A stretch of 64,000 nucleotides of DNA from Faecalimonas sp. Its GTDB lineage: Bacteria; Bacillota; Clostridia; Lachnospirales; Lachnospiraceae. Positions 55,735 to 64,000 of this stretch are shown here, in pieces. The notes under the pieces were generated by a model, which saw nothing but the letters and a program-made list of their open reading frames with translations, was not told the origin of the DNA and did not search any database. Position 1 is the stretch's first letter. Every line of letters starts with the position of its first letter. A program made the translations under genes and the position numbers. The DNA lies in NCBI GenBank assembly GCA_045121495.1, contig JBGVGF010000030.1, forward strand, positions 17,914 through 81,913. The letters are read 5' to 3'.

Positions 55735-58700
55735 CTATTTTTGTGTTACTTTCTTATATTCTTCTGGAATGATCTTTTTAAACTTAGGCAGATATTCATC
55801 GAAATGCTCCAACACATTTTGAGCTTTCCAAGAACCTGTATATGCAACGTGTTTTTCCAAAATAGTTCTTAGCTCATTTTTGTCTTCTTCCGATTCTATT
55901 TTCTCCATAAGAACCATCTCTTTATTCAAATTGCGATACAATCGATTCTTTTCATCTAACACGTATGCAATACCTCCGCTCATACCCGCTGCAAAGTTTT
56001 TGCCTGTTGGTCCAAGTACAACGGCGCGTCCACCAGTCATATATTCACAGCCGTGTTCACCTACACCTTCTACAACAGCAATTGCACCGGAGTTACGTAC
56101 ACAGAAACGTTCTCCAGCCATACCTGCAATATATGCTTCTCCTGATGTTGCACCATACAAAGCAACGTTTCCTATAATAATATTTTCTTCTGCATTGTAT
56201 GCTGCATCTTCTGGTGCATGCACGATTAATTTACCGCCAGAAAGACCTTTACCAAAATAGTCATTACTGTCACCACAAAGATTCAATGTAAGTCCTTTTG
56301 GAATAAATGCTCCAAAGCTTTGTCCGCCTGCTCCTGTACAATTAATTGTAATCGTATCTTCTGGCAGTCCCTCTGGATGATTTCTGGTAATTTCAGAACC
56401 CAAAAGAGTACCGAATGTTCGGTCTGTGTTTGTCAAATGAATCTCTGCTGTTTTCTTAACACCTTTTACAATCGCATTCTGAATTCCTCTTGTTTTTAAA
56501 ATTACAGCTTCATCTTTTGTCTGTGCCAGTTCAAAATCGTAGACACATGCAGGATCAAATACACATTTTTCTCTGCTCTGTTCTGGATTTTGCGCTAAGA
56601 TACGGCTCAAATCTACTTTTGCATCTCTTCCTGTAATTCCATCCTTTTTCTTAAGCAAATCAGTACGTCCAACCATCTCCTCTACAGTACGCACTCCCAG
56701 TTTTGCCATGTATTCACGAAGCTCTCTTGCTACAAATATCATGAAATTTTCTACATATTCAGGTTTTCCTATAAATCTCTTACGAAGTTCCGGATTTTGT
56801 GTTGCAATTCCCATTGGACATGTATCTTGATGGCATACGCGCATCATCACGCATCCAAGGGTTACAAGTGGTGCTGTTGCGAAACCAAATTCCTCTGCTC
56901 CAAGGAGTGCTGCAATTGCAACGTCACGTCCACTCATCAGTTTTCCGTCTGTTTCGATGACAACTCGGTTTCGAAGTCCATTCTGAATCAAAGTCTGGTG
57001 TGTCTCTGCAAGTCCAAGCTCCCAAGGAAGTCCTGCATTATGGATAGAACTAAGCGGAGCTGCACCTGTTCCTCCGTCATAACCGGAAACCAGAATAACC
57101 TGTGCTCCAGCTTTTGCTACCCCTGCTGCAACTGTTCCTACACCTGCTTCAGAAACAAGTTTCACCGAAATACGTGCATATTTATTTGCATTTTTCAGGT
57201 CATAGATAAGCTGTGCCAGATCCTCGATCGAATAAATATCATGATGAGGTGGTGGTGAAATCAAACTTACCCCTGGTGTTGAATGTCTTGTCTTTGCAAT
57301 CCAAGGATATACTTTCTTTCCTGGAAGATGTCCGCCTTCTCCTGGCTTTGCTCCCTGGGCCATCTTGATTTGAATCTCTTTTGCACTTACCAGATAGCGG
57401 CTGGTCACACCAAATCGTCCACTTGCAACCTGCTTGATTGCAGAACTTCTATCGTGATCCGTTCCTGCAGATTCCAGCCTTTCATCACTTTCACCGCCTT
57501 CACCACTGTTTGATTTTCCGTGAAGACGATTCATTGCAATTGCCAATGCCTCATGAGCTTCCTCTGAAATAGAACCATAAGACATGGCACCTGTTTTGAA
57601 TCTTTTTACAATAGATTCTTCACTCTCGACCTCTGAAATATCAATCCCATTTTCCGGATAATTAAAATCCATCAGGCTGCGAAGATACCCTGTCTCTTCT
57701 GCATCTACCATTGCGGTATACGTTGTAAATTTATCATAATCACCTTCTCTTGTGGCTTGCTGCAGCATGTGGATCGTCTGAGGATTATAACGATGCTTTT
57801 CACCCTGACTTCTCATTTTATGACGCCCAAGAGAACCTAATGTCAGATCTGTATCTAACCCTAATGGATCATATGCTTTGGAATGCTGCATATCTGTCTG
57901 TGCTGCGATATCATCCAATGAGATACCTCCAATACGGCTGACTGTTCCAGTAAAATATTTATCAATGACATCTTCTGAAATACCAATCGCTTCGAAAATT
58001 TTACTTCCCTGGTAAGATTGAATCGTTGATATTCCCATTTTTGATGCAATCTTTACAATTCCATGAAGAATTGCATGATCATAATCTTCCACTGCAGCAT
58101 AGTAATCCTTGTTCAAAATACCAGTTTCAATCAATTCGGCAATCGTTGCATGTGCAAGATATGGATTTACAGCGCTGGCACCGTAACCTAAAAGTGTAGC
58201 AAAATGGTGTACTTCTCTTGGCTCTGCTGATTCTAAGATCAAAGACATTGCGGTGCATTTTCTTGTCTGTACCAGATGTTTATGTACTGCTGCAACAGCT
58301 AAAAGCGAAGGAAGTGCTACATGATTTTCATCTACACCTCGATCTGAAAGTACCAAGATATTTGCACCTTTTCTATATGCTTTATCCACTTCAATACATA
58401 AATGATCGATAACACGGTCGATTGGTGTGCTCTTATAAAAAATGATAGGTACCTTAGCAACTTTAAACCCTGGTTTGTTCATTGTCATAATCTTAAGCAT
58501 ATCAAGATCTGACAGAATTGGATTTTCAATTTTAAGCACCTGACAGTTGTTGTCTTTTTCTTCCAGAAGATTTCCGTTTTTCCCAACATATACAGTTGTA
58601 GAAGTTACAATTTTTTCTCTTACCGCATCAATTGGAGGATTTGTAACCTGTGCAAATAATTGTTTAAAATAATAAAACAATGGTTGATATTCTTTTGATA

Positions 58701-60186
58701 AAACCGCAATTGGTGTGTCGACACCCATCGCTCCGATTTGTTCGGAACCGTTAAGTGCCATAGAACAAATACTTGTGCGATATTCTTCATATGCATATCC
58801 AAATGCTTTCTGAAGTCTCGCTCTATATTCTTTTGAAATCTCTGGTACTTTTGCGTTTGGAATTTTTAATTCATGCAATGTCACGAGATTACTGTCAAGC
58901 CATTCTCCATAAGGTTCTTTTTGTGCATAAGTTTCTTTTAATTCCTCATCAGAAATTACTCGTTTTTTCTGTGTATCTACAAGCAACATTTTTCCAGGAT
59001 GGAGACGCTCTTTCTTTAAAATATGTGATTCATCCAACTCTAATACGCCGACTTCGGAAGAAAGAATCAGTCTTCCATCATCCATAATATAGTATCTGGA
59101 TGGTCTAAGACCATTTCGGTCCAGAATCGCTCCCATAATATCTCCGTCGGAATACAAAATAGATGCCGGACCATCCCATGGTTCCATCATCGTTGCATAA
59201 TATTGATAAAAATCTCTTCCTTCCTGGGAAATAGTATCATTGTGTGCCCATGGCTCTGGAATCATGATCATTGCTGCAAGAGGCAGATCCATACCATTCA
59301 TTACTAAGAATTCTAACGTATTATCAAGCATTGCAGAGTCAGATCCATTTGTATTTACAACAGGTAAAATCTTTGTCATATCATCTGATGAAACTTTGCC
59401 TGAGTGCATCGTTTCTTCTCTGGCAAGCATTTTGTCCGCATTTCCTTTGATTGTGTTAATTTCACCATTATGCACAATAAAACGGTTCGGATGCGCTCTA
59501 TCCCAGCTTGGATTTGTGTTAGTTGAGAAACGTGAATGAACCATGGCAATTGCAGATTCATACGCTTCATCCTGTAAATCTAAGAAAAATGTACGAAGCT
59601 GATCTACCAGAAACATTCCTTTATATACGATTGTTCTGCTGGATAACGAAGGCACGTATGTATTGTCATTACTTTGTTCAAATACTCTTCGCACAATGTA
59701 AAGCTTACGGTCAAAATCAAGTCCCTTCGCAATATTTGCTGGTTTTTCAATGAATCCCTGATAGATTACAGGCATACAGTTTCGTGCTTTTTCACCTAAT
59801 ACTTGTGGCGCTGTTGGTACTTCTCTCCAGCCGAGGAACTTCATTCCTTCTTTTTCCACAATGATTTCAAACATTTTCTTTGCTTGACTTCTCTTGAGTT
59901 CATTTTGTGGAAAGAAAAACATTCCTATCCCATATTCTCTTTCTCTGCCAATCGAAATTCCTGATTCTTTACAGACTTTTTCGAAAAATCGGTGGGAAAT
60001 CTGAGTCAGAATCCCTACGCCATCTCCCGTTTTTCCTTCAGCATCTTTTCCTGCTCGATGCTCCAGATTTTCTACAATTTTCAGTGCATCTGCTACAAGC
60101 TGGTGGCTTTTTTCTCCCTGGATATTTACAATTGCTCCAATTCCGCAATTGTCATGTTCAAATGATGGATGATATAATTGGTTCAT
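55735..60186 (-). CDS. gltB: Glutamate synthase large subunit
   Basis: [39 protein letters not shown]. Confidence 0.97.
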   Translation of the reverse strand: MNQLYHPSFEHDNCGIGAIVNIQGEKSHQLVADALKIVENLEHRAGKDAEGKTGDGVGILTQISHRFFEKVCKESGISIGREREYGIGMFFFPQNELKRSQAKKMFEIIVEKEGMKFLGWREVPTAPQVLGEKARNCMPVIYQGFIEKPANIAKGLDFDRKLYIVRRVFEQSNDNTYVPSLSSRTIVYKGMFLVDQLRTFFLDLQDEAYESAIAMVHSRFSTNTNPSWDRAHPNRFIVHNGEINTIKGNADKMLAREETMHSGKVSSDDMTKILPVVNTNGSDSAMLDNTLEFLVMNGMDLPLAAMIMIPEPWAHNDTISQEGRDFYQYYATMMEPWDGPASILYSDGDIMGAILDRNGLRPSRYYIMDDGRLILSSEVGVLELDESHILKKERLHPGKMLLVDTQKKRVISDEELKETYAQKEPYGEWLDSNLVTLHELKIPNAKVPEISKEYRARLQKAFGYAYEEYRTSICSMALNGSEQIGAMGVDTPIAVLSKEYQPLFYYFKQLFAQVTNPPIDAVREKIVTSTTVYVGKNGNLLEEKDNNCQVLKIENPILSDLDMLKIMTMNKPGFKVAKVPIIFYKSTPIDRVIDHLCIEVDKAYRKGANILVLSDRGVDENHVALPSLLAVAAVHKHLVQTRKCTAMSLILESAEPREVHHFATLLGYGASAVNPYLAHATIAELIETGILNKDYYAAVEDYDHAILHGIVKIASKMGISTIQSYQGSKIFEAIGISEDVIDKYFTGTVSRIGGISLDDIAAQTDMQHSKAYDPLGLDTDLTLGSLGRHKMRSQGEKHRYNPQTIHMLQQATREGDYDKFTTYTAMVDAEETGYLRSLMDFNYPENGIDISEVESEESIVKRFKTGAMSYGSISEEAHEALAIAMNRLHGKSNSGEGGESDERLESAGTDHDRSSAIKQVASGRFGVTSRYLVSAKEIQIKMAQGAKPGEGGHLPGKKVYPWIAKTRHSTPGVSLISPPPHHDIYSIEDLAQLIYDLKNANKYARISVKLVSEAGVGTVAAGVAKAGAQVILVSGYDGGTGAAPLSSIHNAGLPWELGLAETHQTLIQNGLRNRVVIETDGKLMSGRDVAIAALLGAEEFGFATAPLVTLGCVMMRVCHQDTCPMGIATQNPELRKRFIGKPEYVENFMIFVARELREYMAKLGVRTVEEMVGRTDLLKKKDGITGRDAKVDLSRILAQNPEQSREKCVFDPACVYDFELAQTKDEAVILKTRGIQNAIVKGVKKTAEIHLTNTDRTFGTLLGSEITRNHPEGLPEDTITINCTGAGGQSFGAFIPKGLTLNLCGDSNDYFGKGLSGGKLIVHAPEDAAYNAEENIIIGNVALYGATSGEAYIAGMAGERFCVRNSGAIAVVEGVGEHGCEYMTGGRAVVLGPTGKNFAAGMSGGIAYVLDEKNRLYRNLNKEMVLMEKIESEEDKNELRTILEKHVAYTGSWKAQNVLEHFDEYLPKFKKIIPEEYKKVTQK

Positions 60187-61790
60187 TTTCTTTCCTCCTT
60201 CTTAACAGCCGCTGCAACTAGTCCTCTAAATAAAGGATGTGCCAGATTTGGTCTTGATTTAAATTCTGGATGCGCCTGTGTCGCAACAAAAAATGTATGG
60301 TTTTTTAATTCTATCATTTCAACGATTCGTTGATCCGGTGATACTCCGGAAAGAATCATTCCATTATCTGTCAATCTATCTCGATAATCATTATTTACTT
60401 CATAGCGATGTCTGTGACGTTCCGCAATGTCTTTCTTTCCATATAAGGAATACGCTAAGGTACCTTCTTTCAATATGCATGGGTAAGAGCCAAGTCTCAA
60501 TGTCCCGCCCATGTTTACAACCCCGTTTTGTTCTGGCATAAGACTGATCACTGGATCTTTTGTATCTGGAACCAGTTCAATACTTGCCGCATCTTTAAGT
60601 CCTAACACATTTCTTGCAAATTCTACGATTGCAAGCTGCATTCCAAGGCATATTCCTAAAAATGGAATATTATGCGTACGTGCATATTGAATTGCAAGAA
60701 TCTTTCCCTCCGTACCTCGTATTCCAAATCCTCCTGGAACTAAGATACCATGTACCTTTCCTAAATATTCCTCTATGTTGTCTTTTGTCAGTTCCTCTGA
60801 GTCAATCCACTTGATATCAACATTTACTTTATTTGCAATGCCGCCATGTTTTAAAGCTTCCGCAACGCTAAGGTAGGCATCATGAAGTGTCACGTATTTT
60901 CCTACCATTGCGATTGTCACTTTCTTTGCAGAATTGTGAAGATTTTCTACCATCAATTCCCAATCCGCCAAATCTGGCTGCGGGCAAGGAATTTGAAGAC
61001 ATTCACAAACAGCCTGTGCCAGTTTCTCTTTTTCCATCATAAGCGGTACTTCATATAAGGAAGGTGCATCCAGATTTTGCAGTACATGCTCTTTTTTCAC
61101 GTTACAGAAGAGAGCAATCTTTTCTTTCATTTTTTCATCTATCGGATAGTCAGAACGACAAACCAAAATATCCGGCCAGATTCCCATGCTTTGCAGTTCT
61201 TTTACACTCGTCTGCGTTGGCTTTGTTTTCATTTCTCCGGAAGCTTTCAGATATGGGATCAATGTAACCTGTATAAGGATCGCATTGTTTCTTCCCACCT
61301 CTGCCTGAAACTGTCTGATTGCTTCCAGAAACGGCTGACTTTCAATATCTCCAACTGTTCCGCCTATTTCAATGATAGAAATTGTCTCTTCTTCATCTGA
61401 TTTTGCCTTATAGAATCGATCTTTAATTTCATTTGTGATATGTGGAATAACTTGAACTGTTCCTCCCCCATAATCACCACGTCTTTCTTTATTAAGAACA
61501 GACCAATATATCTTACCAGTAGTCACATTCGAATTAGAATCAAGATTTTCATCAATAAATCTTTCATAATGCCCAAGGTCAAGGTCTGTCTCAGTTCCAT
61601 CATCAGTAACAAATACTTCCCCATGCTGGATTGGATTCATGGTGCCTGGATCCACATTAATATATGGATCAAACTTTTGCATCGTCACATGATATCCCCT
61701 TGCCTTTAATAATCTTCCTAAGGAGGCCGCCGTAATCCCTTTTCCAAGGCCTGATACGACACCACCTGTTACAAATACATATTTCACCAT
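60183..61790 (-). CDS. pyrG: CTP synthase
   Basis: [37 protein letters not shown]. Confidence 0.97.
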   Translation of the reverse strand: MVKYVFVTGGVVSGLGKGITAASLGRLLKARGYHVTMQKFDPYINVDPGTMNPIQHGEVFVTDDGTETDLDLGHYERFIDENLDSNSNVTTGKIYWSVLNKERRGDYGGGTVQVIPHITNEIKDRFYKAKSDEEETISIIEIGGTVGDIESQPFLEAIRQFQAEVGRNNAILIQVTLIPYLKASGEMKTKPTQTSVKELQSMGIWPDILVCRSDYPIDEKMKEKIALFCNVKKEHVLQNLDAPSLYEVPLMMEKEKLAQAVCECLQIPCPQPDLADWELMVENLHNSAKKVTIAMVGKYVTLHDAYLSVAEALKHGGIANKVNVDIKWIDSEELTKDNIEEYLGKVHGILVPGGFGIRGTEGKILAIQYARTHNIPFLGICLGMQLAIVEFARNVLGLKDAASIELVPDTKDPVISLMPEQNGVVNMGGTLRLGSYPCILKEGTLAYSLYGKKDIAERHRHRYEVNNDYRDRLTDNGMILSGVSPDQRIVEMIELKNHTFFVATQAHPEFKSRPNLAHPLFRGLVAAAVKKEERK

Positions 61791-61844
61791 GTTTCTTTTC
61801 CTTTCTTCTTACTATCTAAATAGAGACTAATTTCCTGTAAAATA

Positions 61845-61954
61845 AAGAAAAAAGGTGTCAACAAACTCGCTTTCACAAATCTGTTGACACCCTTGTCATC
61901 TCTTGTTTTCATATTCATGGACAAAAGTCTATACGATTCTTTTCGATTTGTAAA
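61845..61954 (-). promoter_or_regulatory. pyrG-gltBD promoter and attenuator with ANTAR-like hairpin
   Basis: TTTACA-17-TAGACT (61954-61926); GAC-AAGGGT-GTC hairpin (61897-61886) overlapping terminator GGTGTCAACA/TGTTGACACC plus U run. Confidence 0.7.
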
Positions 61955-61997
61955 GAAATTTTTTTAATTTTTTTTGGCCGCATTTATAATTTTTTTC

Positions 61998-62084
61998 TTG
62001 ACAAGATTTTTTTTCGGTGTATACTACGAAGCATAAAGCAAGGGCGCTCTGGAATATATTTCCAAGGCGCCTCTTTTTTATTTT
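61998..62084 (+). promoter_or_regulatory. glnA promoter and attenuator with ANTAR-like hairpin
   Basis: TTGACA-16-TATACT; AGC-AAGGGC-GCT hairpin (62037-62048) overlapping terminator GGCGC..TGGAA/TTCCA..GCGCC plus U run. Confidence 0.7.
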
Positions 62085-62159
62085 AAATGTTTGTGTGCTG
62101 CACAAATTATTTACTTTATCTGCAGATTTCTTACACCAATTTGAAAGGAGAAATTTATT

Positions 62160-64000
62160 ATGACAAAAAGTATTCCACAATTATACGGAAGTCTCGTATT
62201 TAACGATAAGGTGATGCGTGACAAACTTCCAAAAGATATTTATAAGGCACTGAAAAAAACAATTGAAAATAACACGCATTTAGAACTTGATGTTGCGAAC
62301 TCTGTTGCAGTTGCCATGAAAGAATGGGCTGTTGAAAACGGAGCAACACATTTTACACACTGGTTCCAGCCAATGACTGGATTCACTGCCGAAAAACATG
62401 ACAGCTTCATTACACCAATCGGTGATGGACAGATTATCATGGATTTCTCTGGAAAAGAATTAGTGAAAGGTGAACCTGACGCATCCAGCTTCCCATCTGG
62501 AGGACTGAGAGCAACTTTTGAAGCAAGAGGATATACTGCATGGGATCCTACTTCTCCTGCTTTCATTAAAGATCGTACTCTCTATATACCTACCGCTTTC
62601 TGTTCTTACAGTGGCGAAGCACTCGATAAAAAGACTCCACTCCTTCGTTCAATGGAAACACTAAGCAAAGAAGCAACTAAAATCCTTCATCTCTTAGGCC
62701 AGACAGACATAACAAGTGTTTCTACAACAGTTGGTCCTGAACAAGAATATTTTCTGGTTGACAAAGAGCTCTACAAACAAAGAAAAGACTTGATTTTTAC
62801 CGGCAGAACTTTACTCGGAGCTAAACCTCCTAAGGGACAGGAAATGGAAGACCACTATTTCGGATCATTAAAACCTCGAATTGCGGCTTACATGCACGAT
62901 CTGGACGAAGAATTGTGGAAACTTGGGATCCCAGCAAAAACAAAACACAATGAAGTAGCTCCTGCACAACATGAGCTTGCTCCTATTTTCGATACAGCCA
63001 ACGTTGCCGTTGATCATAACCAGTTAACTATGGAAATCATGAAAAAAGTTGCCGAAAAACATGGTCTTGTATGCTTACTTCATGAAAAACCATTTGACGG
63101 TATCAACGGTTCAGGTAAACACAACAACTGGTCTATGACAACAAATACAGGTGCCAACCTGTTAGAACCAGGACGTACGCCAGCAGAAAACACACAATTC
63201 CTTGTTTTCTTAATGGCAGTCATCAAAGCAGTCGATGAATATGCAGATCTTATGAGACTTTCTGTAGCAAGTGCTGGAAACGATCACAGACTTGGTGCTA
63301 ACGAAGCACCTCCTGCTATTGTTTCAATTTTCCTTGGCGAAGAACTTACTGCTGTTTTAGATTCCATTGAAAATGATACTTTCTTTGGAAAGCAACAAAA
63401 AATCCAAATGGAGACAGGTGCTACTGTACTTCCTCATTTCTTTAAGGATAATACAGATAGAAACCGTACATCACCATTTGCATTTACTGGAAACAAATTT
63501 GAATTCCGTATGCTTGGTTCTTCCATCTCTGTATCTGGGCCAAACATCGTATTAAACACTGCTGTTGCGGAGAGCTTAAGACAATTTTACGAGGAACTCA
63601 AAGATACTCCAGCAGAAAAAATGGATGAAGCAGTTCATGCATTAGTGAAACGCGCAATTTTAAAACATAAGAAGATTATCTTCAATGGAAATGGATATAC
63701 AGACGAATGGGTTGCTGAAGCAGAGAAACGTGGTCTTTACAATTTAAAATCAACACCAGAAGCGCTTCCAGTCTTCGTTGCAAAGAAAAATATTGATTTG
63801 TTTACATCGCATCATATCTTTACAGAAGGCGAAATCTTCTCAAGACATGAGATTTTATTAGAAAACTATTGTAAGACACTCCACATTGAAGCAAAAACTC
63901 TGCAAGAGATGGTAAGACGTCAATTCCTTCCTACTTTATTGGAATATCAAGATACTCTTACATATTCTATCCAAGGAAAACGCAGCGTTGCAGATCTTCC
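62160..64000 (+). CDS. glnA: Glutamine synthetase type III (3' end outside window; not in ORF track)
   Basis: MTKSIPQLYGSLVFND, HFTHWFQP, GEPDASSFPSGG, EARGYTAWD, HEKPFDGINGSGKHNNW, DRNRTSPFAFTGNKFEFR; AAAGGAG RBS. Confidence 0.95.
   Translation, partial: MTKSIPQLYGSLVFNDKVMRDKLPKDIYKALKKTIENNTHLELDVANSVAVAMKEWAVENGATHFTHWFQPMTGFTAEKHDSFITPIGDGQIIMDFSGKELVKGEPDASSFPSGGLRATFEARGYTAWDPTSPAFIKDRTLYIPTAFCSYSGEALDKKTPLLRSMETLSKEATKILHLLGQTDITSVSTTVGPEQEYFLVDKELYKQRKDLIFTGRTLLGAKPPKGQEMEDHYFGSLKPRIAAYMHDLDEELWKLGIPAKTKHNEVAPAQHELAPIFDTANVAVDHNQLTMEIMKKVAEKHGLVCLLHEKPFDGINGSGKHNNWSMTTNTGANLLEPGRTPAENTQFLVFLMAVIKAVDEYADLMRLSVASAGNDHRLGANEAPPAIVSIFLGEELTAVLDSIENDTFFGKQQKIQMETGATVLPHFFKDNTDRNRTSPFAFTGNKFEFRMLGSSISVSGPNIVLNTAVAESLRQFYEELKDTPAEKMDEAVHALVKRAILKHKKIIFNGNGYTDEWVAEAEKRGLYNLKSTPEALPVFVAKKNIDLFTSHHIFTEGEIFSRHEILLENYCKTLHIEAKTLQEMVRRQFLPTLLEYQDTLTYSIQGKRSVADL

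Noticed and set aside
61900-61925. Bacillus-type GGGC reiterative-transcription pyrG attenuator
   Set aside because: There is no GGGC at the predicted start site; the leader fits an ANTAR-like design better.
683-63555. Numerous antisense and alternative-frame ORFs in the track overlapping housekeeping genes
   Set aside because: Shadow ORFs of well-supported genes, without RBS or recognisable motifs.
1-64000. rRNA or tRNA genes
   Set aside because: No cloverleaf or rRNA signature was noticed in any intergenic region; tRNAscan-SE was not run.

Overview
AT-rich Firmicutes chromosome segment, probably a gut Lachnospiraceae-like clostridium (inferred from gene content). Most of it is housekeeping: purine salvage (punA, MTA/SAH deaminase), glycolipid glycosyltransferases, two two-component systems, a yybP-ykoY riboswitch with a Ca/Na antiporter, a Na/Pi cotransporter, helD-sbcDC, feoAB, a GH13 glucosidase, nth, a GATase-less guaA, hcp, metY-Rrf2, two MATE pumps, maf, pyrG-gltBD and a type III glnA that runs off the right end. 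The main accessory feature is a 9,918-bp integrative element in the 3' end of guaA (about 31.4-41.3 kb). It carries a tyrosine integrase, small unknown ORFs behind repeated promoter/leader modules, large palindromes, a hairpin-rich non-coding region, an XRE regulator with three operators, a serine resolvase, three paralogous lipoproteins and a WYL regulator. It has no recognisable relaxase, Rep or virion genes. Its right end holds an intact but divergent second allele of the last 54 codons of guaA, identical to the resident gene only at both ends (19 bp and 42 bp). Decayed Crp and IS4 remnants follow. Other notable signals are in-frame deletions in two signalling proteins, ANTAR-like leaders on pyrG and glnA, a riboswitch-like leader on the Na/Pi transporter, and a 179-nt rod-like structured sequence after maf. 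No rRNA, tRNA or CRISPR array was seen. Family names come from motif recognition, not database searches.
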